From: Patiria miniata
Taxonomy: Eukaryota
DNA length: 64,000 bases
Direction of reading: 5' to 3'
Assembly: GCF_015706575.1 (NCBI RefSeq)
Contig: NW_024037060.1
Span: 2,792,515 to 2,856,514, forward strand
Every line of letters starts with the position of its first letter. Position 1 is the first letter of the stretch. Of the stretch, positions 25,601 to 38,833 are shown one piece after another. The position numbers and the translations under genes are program-made. The notes under the pieces were generated by a model. The model ran no database searches, was not told the origin of the DNA, and was given only the letters and a program-made list of their open reading frames with translations.

Positions 25601-28600
25601 CCAGCCCATTAAATTATGAGCAATATGACTTCTCGCCTCTGGTTTCTTTCTTTTTTTCCTCCCCCTTTTTTTGTTTTTCAAGGGGGGGGGGCGCCTCCTT
25701 GCCCCCCCCCCGCGACGCTAAGGACCCTGTCTAGCACATCCCCGTTTTATTCCACAGATATTTCGGTCTATCAAAAATCAGAAATGCACGTCATTTGTGT
25801 CTTTGGCAATTCCAATATTCCTCACAATTATAGTTTGTATATACATGTATACACTGCTCCCAGAAAACACTCGTCTAACTTTCTTTGACAATGAAAAACA
25901 ACTTGTAGGCCTACCTCTATAAAAGACGAATATTGACTGTTTCTTGAGAACTAGCTTGGAATCTATTTGTTACGGAAAACACATGCTGATCGCTTCAGAT
26001 TTTGATTAGATCTAAACCATGAATTGGAGATTTTCCTCAGAAAAAAAAATATAATTTTCAATTTCGGTACCCAACCCCTGCAACGATAATAGGGACCGGA
26101 TCCAGGCTCCATTGGGTTGCAGACAAACAAAAAGAAAAAAAGGTTTTTTTTTTTTTGGGGGGGGGGTAAAATAAAACATACGAAAATTCGTTGGATGAAA
26201 AGATGATGGGAAATGCCTAAAATAGAAAGCACTGACAGTAGACACAAAGACTTATGTCTCGTGGGCTAATGTCACAAGATGTCAATGTCACAAGACAGGA
26301 ACTGACTCCCAACGATACCGTCACTTTTAAGCATGGTTCATCACCAGACCTAGACCCACAACGTAGGCTCTGAAAAGTGAAATGTGCCATTTGAATAAGT
26401 TTATATATTTTGAAGTTTTCCAGTTGATGTACATTATGTCCCTCAAGTCAAGTGTATCCTGACACCTAGAGTGACTTCTTCAGTATGGCAAATCATCGGA
26501 ACTTTTAAAAGATCTCAGAATCCCCAAATTATGAAGTAGCCTTAATCTTATCAGTGGTTTCACAGTCGCAATTTTACCAAGCGAGCACTAGAGCCATCCT
26601 ACTTCATCCCGAACCTACACGTTTGAGCCACGAGATTATCACGACGGGGGAATATACCCCTCTTGCAATTTGGTGTTCGTTCGGCAGATTTCATGACAGC
26701 TCATGCAAACTTGATGTCGAGAAAAAAATAATATGACAGTCCTTCGAGGCTAAAGACCGTCTGACCGAGTGGGCGATTTCAGTCTTGACTTCTATGCAAC
26801 CAAAAACAATTTCGCCACATCATCTTTTTAAGGTCTTTCGACCTTTATCCTCTTGGGGCGGCCCCTCATGAGAGACATCTCAGACAGAAAAATAAAATCT
26901 GCCGGTGTATCAGAGTGTACCTTAATGTACACAATATGCTTGGTGTTATTATGATGGCTGTCATGACTGGAATGCCTGTCTGTGACAGAGATGAAACACG
27001 GTGCCCTTGACTTCCCAGGTGATGCAGGGTGCTTAATTAAAATAAATCCTCCACGCATCCCTGGCGATTGCAGGAGGAGAGACGAGCTCCAGGCGACCAG
27101 TGTAGACATGACAGACTTCATTATTAGTTCGTCTTATGTATAGTAATAAGAGTCAGAGTGGTTGAGTTTGACTTAGGTTAATATTATTTCTGTCCCTGCC
27201 CCTCCGACTTTGTGGGAGCACGTCAAGCATGAGACACTCGCCAGACGCGCATGGAAAATCAGAAAATAAGCATGACGTAACGGATATTACCAGATTTTTA
27301 TCCATTTTAAGAGGTAAGCAAATTTTTAAAAAGCTACTTTCACCAAGTGAAATTCAAAGTGTGTGCGTACGCATTTCAGTGGAATCAGGTTCAAATCCTG
27401 GCCCAGCCCATTTCTTTTTAATGAATCCAAAAGTTGTTTGAATCAAAGACGGTAAATGCAGTAACTACGTATACCCAATGGCCCAATCAGTCTCATTTCA
27501 GTGGGAACAAGTTCTAAAACAATGCCCACAATAGCCCATCCCCAGAGGCAGTTTTGTTCATCGATTGCTGGTTGCATGTGGGCTTATGAAAAATAGCTCC
27601 GTCACTATCACCACCTACGTACTAGCAAAAAGGTCGGGAAATACATTTTGTACATCACAAAATATTAATAGGAAACGACGTATCCGGGGGCGAATTGGCA
27701 GGGGGATGGCACGGACCTCAACTTATAGAATTCCCTAAGTGCCACCCAACCAAGCACAAACAACCCAATGGAAACTAGTTACGCCACTGATTATGGGATT
27801 GGTGATATAATTTCACATACTGTTATATACGTAAGGCAAAAGGGGCGTGGCTCTCCTTCCCAGCCTGTTTAGTTTTATACTCCTCTTTGAGCCTACCTTA
27901 CCCTTCAAACACCCATTAATGGGTGCTTAAAGGGTAAGGCACCCTTCGGAATATGGGAATTGACCCCAGTCACCCATTCACACCCATAATAATGACTGCA
28001 AACAAAATCGCATTGGATGTTGTAACGCTTGCTCAATCCTCAATGCGTTGAAAAATACAACGCCCGATTACTTGATCTGCATGACTTTCGATTCGCGGAA
28101 TGGGATTTTTGCCACACCGTCAAACCGGCTCTGCAGTTTATTTATCGGTGCAAGATGGTGCTGCGATATAAATTCCGGAATAAAAAAAACATCACACGCT
28201 TAACTTGGCGCGATGAAAAGAAAACTGACCCCGACTTGGCTGAGCCGGGCGGCATTGCTCTTTGAATCCCACTGCCTCTTTCACCGCCAGGGTGAACAGA
28301 AGGTTACCTTTATTCCTAAACACAAGTTCCGGTAAAAAAAAAACCACCTTAAAATTAAGTTAGGGGTTTATGTTCACCACGTTGCCCTTTGCCTAAGATG
28401 GGGGCGAAAGGTTCAACTTCCCATGTGACGAACAACGCAATGTGTTATAGACAAGCTGGTCAGAATGACATTTGAAGAGAAATTTGGGACAAATAAATAA
28501 ACAGCCATGACTTACCTCGTATTTATACCCGTCCTGTCGAGCCATGGTAAAAACCCTCGCACTCCCAGCAGCCGCACCACTTCGAAATGAACTAATAACG

Positions 28601-29548
28601 TATATTTGGCATTCTATATAGGAATTTGCTTAGTATCAATCATGGTCGCCCGTCCATGCAGTCCACAGGCTGTCCTTTTCATAAGGAAAACGAGCCAGGC
28701 GTTGCGGAGGAGAGAACCGTAATATGCGCTGGTAGCGGCAGTGGAGTAGCTGTGTTCCGTGCCGGTGGGCCCCGGTGCGTAACCATGACGGAGTCGGTTC
28801 TAGTAGAGAAGAAGAAAAAAATGTCCAAAAGCCAGTGTGTCGATTCACGGTAGGCCTAAAAGCCTTCACATGTGCAGGGCTGCATATACGGTTGTTACCT
28901 TTTGTTAAATATCAACGCTTTGGGATTTAATACGAGAAAAAATTGTTGTTGTGTATTGGTCTCTTTGAATAGGTTTTTTCCCCACAAAATAGCGAGGTAG
29001 AGAGACGGGTTAGAATAAAGAAACCAGTGTGACGAAAATCCCTGGTGGTGGTGGTGTTGGTGCGTGAAAGAGTAGGGTTGAATGGAGTCCACGGGCTGGG
29101 GTTTCTCGCGAGGGGGCGGTGCAGTCAGGGTGCCTCCGGTATTACTCGAGGTATTACTACCCGGTGGGTTCCCAAAGCTGCGGATTCGTTTCACCGAGTT
29201 TCGGGCCCCTGGAAACCGCTTCTGTACAGCCGAAGACTTTTAGCTCATTGCGTTTGGCCAGCCGAGCATATAGCATGGCCAACTTCCCATCGGAAACGAC
29301 TAGGGGAGTAGAATAACATATGTCGGTAGTGCATGTATAACTTCAGCCGGTCGGGCAACCGTTCTCGGCTAAACGGTGTATAACTGGGCAACCAAATCAT
29401 TTCGTCACATTTTGTGTGAATAGTATAGGCCTATATTATACATAACCTATTTGACTACTTTTTGCTGGATGACCTTCAGTGCCAGCCACCGGAGTCTGAC
29501 TGGGTCAATGCTCCAAACTGAACTTTAATATTTCTGGACCAGCTCGCG

Positions 29549-29683
29549 ACTACACTGCAAAAAACACGGGAGTTAAGTCTAACACCAGTGGTGTCTATAG
29601 GACCATTAGTGTATTTTGTTTTACACCATTGGTCTATATACCCCAACCCGTGTTAAACTTACAATTTAGTTTTTGCAGTGTAG
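29549..29683. mobile_element. A small palindromic MITE-like element of about 135 bp with TIRs CTACACTGCAAAAA…TTTTTGCAGTGTAG.
   Basis: The 14-bp terminal inverted repeats and internal dyad symmetry are seen directly. Confidence 0.55.
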
Positions 29684-30224
29684 GCAAGCCTACTGGTGCC
29701 TACGGAGGTTTGAAATGTAAATAAAAACATGCAACATAATACACTGAAAAAATAAATTCCGAATAAACAACAACACAGTTTGCCAGTTTGAGAAATATAA
29801 CCAACGAAAATGAAGCTATAGGGTTGCGGTCGCGACTGGGGTTGACCGAAGTATGCAAACCCATTTCGCGCTCATTTGAAGTGATGATTGAAGTCCCGGT
29901 GCGCCCTCTTGTGTGACATGGTTTGTCCACTCAACCGAGGTGGGCAAGACGGTCAGTTGTGTTGTCCAGCCGTTTGTCCAGCCAGTGATGTCTGGACATC
30001 GGTAGACCATGGCAGGTCTGATCACGCAAGCCATTCCCCAGGGAATAGCGCTGCAACAATTTTAACCTGTCAGATTGTGTATAATTATTTAATGAAGTTT
30101 ATGGGGCAAGATCGGCGAAATAATAAACAAGCTGGTTTTCTCACACTTTTAAATGACGTCGCACTCCAATTTGGTGATTTTTTTTGGGTTAATCTTTAAG
30201 GTCTAACAGCCTGTAATTTAGCCA

Positions 30225-30860
30225 GACAGCCAGTACGCTGGCAAGCCAAACTACCAGGGGAGACAGCCAGTCAGTCAGTCAGGCAGCCAGCCAGCTAGCC
30301 AACCAGCCAGCCAGCAACCAACCAACCAGCCAGCCAGCCAGCCAGCCATGCATCCGGGGAGTCGGCTAGCCAGCCAGCCAGCCTGCCTGCCAGCCTGCTG
30401 CAAGCCAGTGAGCTAGCCACCGAACTGATGACCAACTCTTTACCAACTATACCAGCTAAGTCAGCTAGCCTGCGAGCTAGCCAATTACCAGCCAAAGTGT
30501 CACCCAGCAAGCAACCAATTAGCCAGCCAGCCAACAAACCAACCTTTCAGTTAGCCGCCAGGCAACCGGCCAACCAGCCTGCCAGTCTTAAAAAGCCCGA
30601 TTGTCATTATCAAGCCAACCATATAGCAAACCTGCCAACCAGTCATCCTCAAGCCAGCAGCCAGCCAACCAGCCGCCAAACCAGCGAGCAACAAGCCAAC
30701 AAGCCCGCTCACCAGCCAACGAGCCAGCCTTACGGTCAGCCAGCCAGCCAGCCTTCCAGCCAGCCTTCCAACAAGTCAGCGAGCCTGCCAATCAACCATA
30801 CCAGCCATCCAGCCAGCCAGTCGTCGTGCCATCCAGCCAGCAACCATCTGAACAACCAAC
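30225..30860. repeat. An imperfect tetranucleotide microsatellite (CCAG/CCAA)n of about 640 bp.
   Basis: The sequence shows continuous CCAGCCAGCCAACC-type periodicity. The supplied ORFs here, rich in P, A, S and Q, are repeat artefacts. Confidence 0.9.
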
Positions 30861-33486
30861 CCGCGGTGACCCAATACGCTTACATCACTAGAGTCGAACT
30901 TCTGGCCCGAGTAATGACAACATCATGATTGCAATTTAGGTTAATATCTAACCCACATAATCCTTGTCATCGTATTAATTGCTTTTGCAGTATTAACTGG
31001 ATCAGTTCTGATGTTATGGCCTTTGCTCCTGTCAGTGGAGTGGGGGAGATTGCAACGGGATGGTGATTTTAAAAGCAAAATCGGAAAGTTGAGTAATAGA
31101 AGCACAATCGGGACGGTGAAAATGGGTTAAATGGGACGAAGATTCGATTTTGCAACGGGCAAACTAAACCCTGGCCACGAGCCTGCTTTTATGTACTAAC
31201 CAAAGACAAGTGAGTTTTTTCCCTTCGATACTTCGATGTCGATATTCGGGATGTCAAAATGATTACTGTTCAGAAAAAAGAACAATGAATCGATTAGTTA
31301 AACCCCCCCCCCAAAAAAAAACACTGCCCAAAACTGTAGCAGTGGATTTTAGCAAAAGACGACACTTTTTTCGATATTCATGTCAGTACTGGTCAGACAT
31401 AAATTAGAAATAAACTACGGTTCATAGGCCCTTTGCAATTAGCGGGGGGGGGGGGATAGCAAATTGTATAAGGACAATAACCAATTGTAGATAAAACAAA
31501 ACAATTAGTTAGTTGTAAAAAAAAACGCTAATAACCTTCGGTCCAAATGGTTTAATAAGCTTCTGTAGATATTAAATATGCAGAAAACATCAAATTCATT
31601 ACCAACCCCAAACATTAACAGTACGTACTGCTCCATACAGCTCTTACACTTCAATAAATCAGGAACAAATCCTGGTTCCAAAAGAATTTTTTTAAATGTG
31701 GTTAAAACACTGAACACTTGCGTGTTAAAACAGAAACTGTTGATTTTGGGCCGCGCTGAGCATTTTAGTTGACACAGCTGAAATTTAGTTCTTAGGAAAA
31801 CACAGGTTAAGGGCGCACAGTGAGGAACATCGAGTGGGATTACATAGTTGGCAGACATCAATGTCCAAGGAACATTCTAAGTGCTCAGTAGGACTATGTC
31901 AATTAGCTTGTAAATTCGCATTTGATTGCTGTCTTCAGGGTTCCACTGTCCTCATTAATTCATTTCTCGCGGAAAGATAACAACTTAATCTTTCTTGAAA
32001 GGATAATCTTACCGATGCTCAGGGAAAGCTTGGGCAAGGTGTATGTCTGTATAAGGCCTTCCTGCATGCAGTGATCATAGGTTTTTGCACGACGTGGTTG
32101 ACTGAACTTTCATATTGTCATTATGTCTAAACTGTACTACATGTATTTCATTAATACGGCATCGAGGTGATGATGATGATCATGGTGTGGATGATAGTGA
32201 TAACGGGGATTGTTTTGTGTGATTGGAAAGCGCGCACAATTTTTCGATCAGGATGATCACGAAAGAGATGATGTACGGTCGCCCATTTTTGGAAGTGATT
32301 TCGGCGGGTTGGAAGATTTGGGGCGTCTTGTCTAATCTTAATTCAATGTGAATTTGTCGTTTTTTTCTTGACTGATTTGCCCTTGACAATATTATTGTCA
32401 GTCTTTTCGAATAGGCAGTAAATCTATGGAACGCCTCCTGATTTAAATTCCGGTTCCAAGCACACTCAATTAATTATCAGCAAAATAACACTCGGTGTCC
32501 ATGTTGAAAGTGAATTATCTCCATAAAAATTAGTGAGTCGTTTCGTGAACTAATTGGCCAAAGCCGCGTTGTGGGTAATTAACGACGAGCCACAATTAAT
32601 CTGCCATTCTTTTATAGTGAGTGTAAACTCTCGGGAAAAACAACGAGCAATTAATTTATATAGAATGTCATTTCCGAAGATGAGTGTTAGGTAGATTTTT
32701 TTCAAAATCCTCCTTTTTCCCCACAATATCCTGGACTATATCAACTGGATTATTATCCTACTGGACACCATCTATCAATGAGGGCGCTATTCAAAACCGA
32801 ATTCATGGTCATTGACTGACAATCGCTGTACACGTTCCATCCAAGGGACATCAACAATAAACAGCCAATCGCGAAAAACAAGGTTTTTGCCACAAGTAAA
32901 TTAGTGTGGGATTAGTTTAACATAAAGTGTTTTTTTTTAATTTTTAATCATGGTTTCGTTATTTTCTGTGATTGCCAAATTTCCAGTGGGGGCGACTGAG
33001 GGGAGGGGGGGGGGGGGGGGCGACCATTTTTTTTTTTATGGGGGTGCCCCCCCCCCCGGCCCCCCGTAGCTACACTGCTGTTATACCCATAGCCCAATTT
33101 GATGACATCATCGTGTTTCACAGGTCACCGTACAAATAGATACCGTGTTTAAAATGTTGTTGTGATAGCGCCCGTTTGAAAGTCAAAAGGAAGAAAGGAA
33201 CTCCAGGCTAAGAAGAAATTGACGTAATTGTAATTCCCAAGGTTCACGGTTGTCTGCTCTTTAATATTGAGTCCAGTTAATTTGCCGAAACTCGTTTTAG
33301 GATATTATTGGCCATGGACATTAAAGGAAAACTAGTCGTTTTGTTTTGAGATCGAATAGAGGAAATTCAAATTGGCACTGAAGCCGACTGAAGCGGAGCG
33401 GGCTTCAGTGCCGTCTTTCGTAAAGAGGATTAAACAAAAAACAAAAAAAAGGTCTTCAATAAAACTTTGAGCACTGAGAGTCTCGG

Positions 33487-33575
33487 TTTCAGTTCGCTCG
33501 TACCCCCCCCCCCCCCCGCCTGTTTGCAGGGCGATGGGGGGGGGGGGGGGGGGGGGGGTACGAGCGAACGGTTTT
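33487..33575. repeat. A hairpin made of a C16 tract and a G24 tract flanked by inverted TTCGCTCGTAC / GTACGAGCGAA. It lies about 140 bp upstream of the TMX-like ATG.
   Basis: The structure is seen directly. A similar tract, G-run, T-run, C-run, lies at 33000-33060. Confidence 0.75.
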
Positions 33576-33712
33576 AGTGCTCGCGCGAAGTAAAGGAGAA
33601 AAATTCCGAAATATGGGCTCTTGAGGGCGCTCCACAAATGACACGTGTGCACATTAAAACTGCAGGCCACATGATTGATACCGCAGTTGTCAGTGTCAAC
33701 AAGTTGGGAAAA

Positions 33713-33887
33713 ATGGCCGGTTCAAGTTCATCAAAATGCTCGTTTGCACTTACGTTGGTGTGCTTGTTTTTCCAGTTCTTCGTGTCGTGTGCTGGCCAAG
33801 GAGATGATGTTATCACTGCTCAGGAAATAAACGCAGACACTTTCGAGCGGAAGATGGAAGCCGGCAATTTTCTCCTTGTCAATTTCA
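33713..33887 (+). CDS. Exon 1 of a thioredoxin-domain transmembrane protein (PDI/TMX family-like). It encodes the start codon, a signal peptide (MAGSSSSKCSFALTLVCLFFQFFVSCAG) and the first part of Trx domain 1 (VITAQEINADTFERKMEAGNFLLVNF).
   Basis: The start context is gaaaaATGG and a hydrophobic signal peptide follows. The sequence aligns to the PDI a-domain N-terminus (…NF…LLVEF). The donor is GTAAGT. Confidence 0.75.
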
Positions 33888-34302
33888 GTAAGTCAGAAGA
33901 TGATAATTGTTTAGTCTGTGGATACCGGACTGCCGGATGTGGCATGAAGTTTTAATTTGTACACAGCTAACTTAGTGTCAATGAGAGCGTAGATATGTTC
34001 TTTGCTCTACGATAAGAGCATTATTATACAACAATTTTCTGGGTACAACTTAATGCCTAATTAAATGCCTTAACAACCCCCCCCCCCCCCAAAAAAAAGG
34101 GGGGGGGGGCCCTGAAGCACATTTCATATTTTGTCAAACAAAGATAAAATGCCATATATTCTCTATTCAAACCAAATAAATTCCTGTCTCCTGATTCATT
34201 GCAACCGAGTCAGAGGTTTGTCCTGCTTTTAATAGAGGATAAGTTTGGAAATCTGACACTATTAAATGCCTTACCATTCTTTTCATCCATTGACTTCATC
34301 AG

Positions 34303-34491
34303 TTGGACCAGGCTGCAAGAACTGTAAAGATTTTACGCCCATTTTCAACCAAGTCAACACTGAGCTGTTGAGGGCGAAGTCGGACGTTACAGCAGCGGTC
34401 ATCAACAATTTGGACATCGTCCAGCATTACGATCTCCAGAAGTTACCATCACTGGTCTTTTTCAGGAAAACTGTCCCAATACTCTATGAAG
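34303..34491 (+). CDS. Exon 2. It carries the Trx active-site region IGPGCKNCKDFTPIFNQV…LPSLVFFRKTVPILYEG, a CxxC written as CKNC.
   Basis: The region aligns to PDI WCGHCKALAPEY…YPTIKFFRNG. It has an acceptor catcag and a donor GTACGC. The phase is consistent with exons 1 and 3. Confidence 0.75.
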
Positions 34492-37124
34492 GTACGCACT
34501 AAGTCTTTCTCTATGTTTTATTTTGTTAATTGTTGAAATCAAAACTGGCCTATTACACTGTGAACAGAACCTGGTCTGATTGAACAAAGGTTGCACATGG
34601 ATCAGATGTAGATTTTGGATTGTCGACCCGGGTGGTAGAGCCTTTCAACGCTGGCCTTGACCAGGGTTGATTGGGGGCAGAGTGCTGGATCCGTGTAGTG
34701 GCCGTTTTTAATTCTTGCTAGAAGTTCCCGAAATCTCAGGGTTTGACGCTGGTCCAACACAGAGATTTTGTAGATTGTAAAAGAACCTTGTGTGTATAAA
34801 ATTTTGCAGGAATGCTGTCCAACTTTTAGGAATGCAATCATGAGCATGAGCATATATGTGTAGCTTTTTGCAAACCTGAAATCTCTCCTTCCCCAGTTGC
34901 AGCATATTGGATTCCACATGTGAAGTATGATGTCGTTGCCATGATATACTGCAACATTTTCACATTAGGCCGTGAAAAAAACATGCTTTTTCATTTTCTT
35001 TTACATTAAACAAATATATAGTGCCGATCGATGGGTACAATCTTTTCATTTTGCTATTTTTTTTTGCCAGAAAAAAATAGTGCGAGACGATCATTTATTG
35101 GTATGCATTTGTTACATTTAACGCGTGAATCAACTGTTTATCCATGTAACTTTGCTGCATACTGTGGCAAGACAACAGTGCTAACCAACTTTAATCAAAC
35201 AATTAAATATAAATTCCAAATAAAGCAAGACGATGTTCCTCTAAAAACTAGGCTGGGGGCACCACCATAAGTTTTTATATATTTTGGGGGTCATTTTTTT
35301 CGAATAAAAGATTATGTTCTGCATGATTTTCTATGGTGAGTTGGGCAATAGGAAATATCTACAGATATTTTTTTTCTTGGCCTTGTGGTTTAGGTATGTC
35401 ATGCTATGCATGACCCCAGCTGAGCTGTTGTGATTGAAGCATACAACGTATACATGCGCAGTTGCATAGAATGCCACATGTCGTCGCAAGTGCTGAATCA
35501 GTAACGACTTAAAAAGAATACCCAACCCATATGTATTGTGCACAAAGGCAAACATATTCCATACACAGATGTAAAAGTCACAGAGGTTTATTTTCAATTC
35601 ACTGATTAAAGGGAATGTACATCATTGGCTTATGCTATAATTTTCAGAAATGAACTATTTGAGGGGTTAGTATAATAGATCAAATTATTGTTACACGGAC
35701 ATGTTTGAAGTTTTGTTTTCGAAAATGCTGGAAAAACCAAGAAAAACAAAAATGTTCAATTAGTCTGGTTCCCTGACTCCACTGAAGATGAAATGGATCA
35801 ATTTACAGATGCCGGAAAATTGTATGCTGACCTGCACCCATTCATGAACATAAAACCAATTAGCAAACAAAATTGGACTGAAAAAATGGGAAATTTGGAG
35901 CAGTAGTGAAAAATAGTTAGGTTTTTCCTACGGTGGTCGGCCGACCACCGTTGGAAATGTAAACAAAAATACAATTTTCTTGAAAATGACTTCACACCAG
36001 GTGCCATAATTTTACAGGATGCTTTAGACTGTCATTTACCAACATCCTGTAAGGTATTTTGTAAAAACTTGGTCATTTTATTTTTCGATGTTTGCAAATG
36101 TTGTATTTTCCCTTTAATGACGGAAACCTTGCACAAAGTGCAGAAAGGATTGGTATCAAATACACTGTGAATTATTCCGCCTGAAAATGAAATGGTATTG
36201 TTCGGAAGAAAACTATTGAAGGTAGTTTCAAAATAGGGCACTTTTTTTTTTACATGCATTAGCAATGGAATCCAGTTTCTGAGACCCAAAAGATTTTGCA
36301 AAAATGTGTTTCCTCTGTTTCCTCAAAATGTACAGAAGCCTCTGAGCTCAAATTCCACAGGTTAGTTGTTAGGCACCCTGCTTAACATTTGGAGCAATTT
36401 TGTTGCTTCAAACAAACAAAATGCACCAAAAAATGAATCTATGTACCTTAATGTTGTAAAATGAAATTGTTTGTACACATTTGTTTATTGTGTGTGTTGA
36501 TCATGTTTTTTCCAATGGTTTATTTTTATTGTAGTCTGGCCCTCTGATGTTTATCCTTGGATTATGTAGCCAAATCTAACACCTCAACTAATTATGTAGG
36601 CACACGTTTTCATAAACACCTGTTGGCAGTGCTGCAGCTGTGTATTGATGAGCAATGTATATTGAACAAAGCAATCAGATACCATTGTATACACTGTTCA
36701 TAAAAATGAACAAAATGTTTATACATGCACCTGTGACCAGCAAACACTTGTATACAATGTACATATACAGTCATGTTTGTTTTTTAGGGAGTAAAATACT
36801 GAGAAAAAAAGGCTTTTGAGGCTTGGAGTTTTGTATCTAGTCATGAAAATGAAAGATGCTAATTGTTTTTCAATATAAATACCTTTATTCCACGATTTTT
36901 ATACTTTTTCTTTAAAATATGTGTAGAAGACTTAACAAAGATTACAAAGATCAATTAAATCTGAAAATTAAATTGAAAAAAATATCATCTACATTGTTGT
37001 TTTTTGTTTTTCTTGCATTTTTCTTCACTCAGCCTGTGCCCAGTCCTGTTTCATTTCGCCAGAACCTTTCACATAATAGCAGCTATGTAAATAGATAGAT
37101 GTTTTCCTTGATTTTATCTTACAG

Positions 37125-37263
37125 GCCACCATGAAGTAGAGGAGATTCTTGCATGGCTGTCCAACACCAGGGAGCTCCAAGGCCGATATCTCAACGACAA
37201 TGACTTTGAACATCTCACACAGGCATCTACAGGGGCAACAACAGGAGACTGGCTGGTCCAGTT
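37125..37263 (+). CDS. Exon 3. It encodes the end of Trx domain 1 and the start of Trx domain 2 (GHHEVEEILAWLSNTRELQGRYLNDNDFEHLTQASTGATTGDWLVQF).
   Basis: The acceptor is ttatcttacag and the donor is GTAAGT. The exon aligns to the PDI a-domain C-terminal helix (EADDIVNWLKKRTG). Confidence 0.7.
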
Positions 37264-38361
37264 GTAAGTCAATTATATTTTGTTGAAAGGTTGGACTGAA
37301 CATTTGGTTTGATGGGCTGCCATTTTTGCGGTTAGCCAGGGATGCTAGGACAATTTTATTGGGTTTCTTTAACAGTAAGCAGAAAAGTTGTGCCAACTAC
37401 AGCAGAAAATTGTGCTAACCGTAACTTGAGGTGATTTACTAGGTATCTTCCTCATCCTTGCAAATCCCAACACCATATGGTAAACTGTGCACATAAACAG
37501 TTAGACTCTGTTTATTTGTGGTATGCCTAATCCCATGTAAAGCACAGTCAGTTTACTAGTGCAGTACTCATCCTAACAGATTCCAACAAACCCTGGTGTT
37601 GGAGTTTGGCTGGTTGGGGGTCGTTAGGGTTAAGCACTATTTCATGGCGTGGATGTGCTAACAGTTGCACAGGCATTGAAGATTTCTATTCTTACGTCAA
37701 TGATTTAAGCAACTTTTTTTCCTCAGAGGTAAGTGTGCCTTTTGCTGCGCTTACTGCTTAGGGTCTCCGTGAAATGGGCAGAGGCTGTGTAAGCAGAAAA
37801 TTGTGTGCTTAGCAGCGCCTTTAAGTTGGGCTTATTCCAGGAGTCAGTTTGGCAACCAAGATCATGTACTTACATGTACGTCACCTTTATTCTCTGTAGC
37901 TGTGGCTTGAATCCCATCCAAGCTGTTCTGAAGATTTGAGGTTTTTTCAGTCCCTAATTGACTTTTGGGGGGTTGTAATGATATCGTTCAAATGTTTTCC
38001 TCTTACTCCAAACATTTGTTCCACTTTTTTTAATCTCTTTCTTTGCATTTTTTGGGGGTCTTTCTTTTTTTGGGGGGGGGGGTTGTGTTTTGTCTCCCAG
38101 AGAGGCGGAGGAGGGGGGAGGGAGGGGATGGTTTCCTATTTGCCATGCAGTACATTGCCTAGGGTACCTTATAAGACTCCTCTCACTTTCGACAAATCCT
38201 AAAAATAAATGTTCACAAACCCAAAGCATTTTTACATGGTTGCTCTGCGCATGACATAAGTGTCTAACATGAGGGATCACTGGTGCTCAAAGTCTGTAAT
38301 TTTTAATTTTCAGAAACTGAGTTGCTCAAATGTTTTTGTGTGTGTGTTAATTTCCTTTCAG

Positions 38362-38424
38362 CTGTGATCCAGAGAGACCGCAGTGTATAGCATTGCAAAC
38401 GATGTGGGAGACAGTGGCTTACAG
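38362..38424 (+). CDS. Exon 4. It encodes (F)CDPERPQCIALQTMWETVAYR, an atypical Cx6C at the position of the second Trx domain active site.
   Basis: The acceptor is ttcctttcag and the donor is GTAAAA. The phase 2 junctions are consistent on both sides. Confidence 0.6.
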
Positions 38425-38731
38425 GTAAAAAGTTTTTTTTGGGGGGGGGGGAGGGGGGAGGGTATCATCACCATGAAACTTGTGATGTTTTCATGCAAAC
38501 TCAAACTGAGCTGGGCAGGGCTTTAAAAGAGGTGTAAATTCTCTAGACATTGTGGAATTGAACATTCCATCATGGAGGTGTGAGTTTTTAAGGTTGCATT
38601 TTTTTGGGGGGGGGGGGGAATGTAATAAAAAAATAATACCGAGAATACTGAGAAATGTTGCTGTCATAATATCGATGTCAAACTGTACTGTATACACACT
38701 TGTAAAATTGTTTGCAATCTACATTTTTCAG

Positions 38732-38833
38732 GCTAAAGGACAGATTAAATGTCGCCACCGTCGACACGTCGGTCAACAAAGCGCTTGTAAAAAGATTTAA
38801 AATCTCTGTGGACAAAACGCCGTCTGTCATTTT
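38732..38833 (+). CDS. Exon 5. It encodes RLKDRLNVATVDTSVNKALVKRFKISVDKTPSVIL, the central part of the Trx fold.
   Basis: The acceptor is cattttttcag and the donor is GTAAGT. The sequence aligns to PDI …VKLAKVDATEES.LA..YGVRGYPTIK. Confidence 0.65.

Noticed and set aside
30428-30928. ORFs of 166, 96, 80 and 67 aa in both strands.
   Set aside because: They lie entirely within the (CCAG/CCAA)n microsatellite. Their PASQ-repeat 'proteins' are repeat translation.
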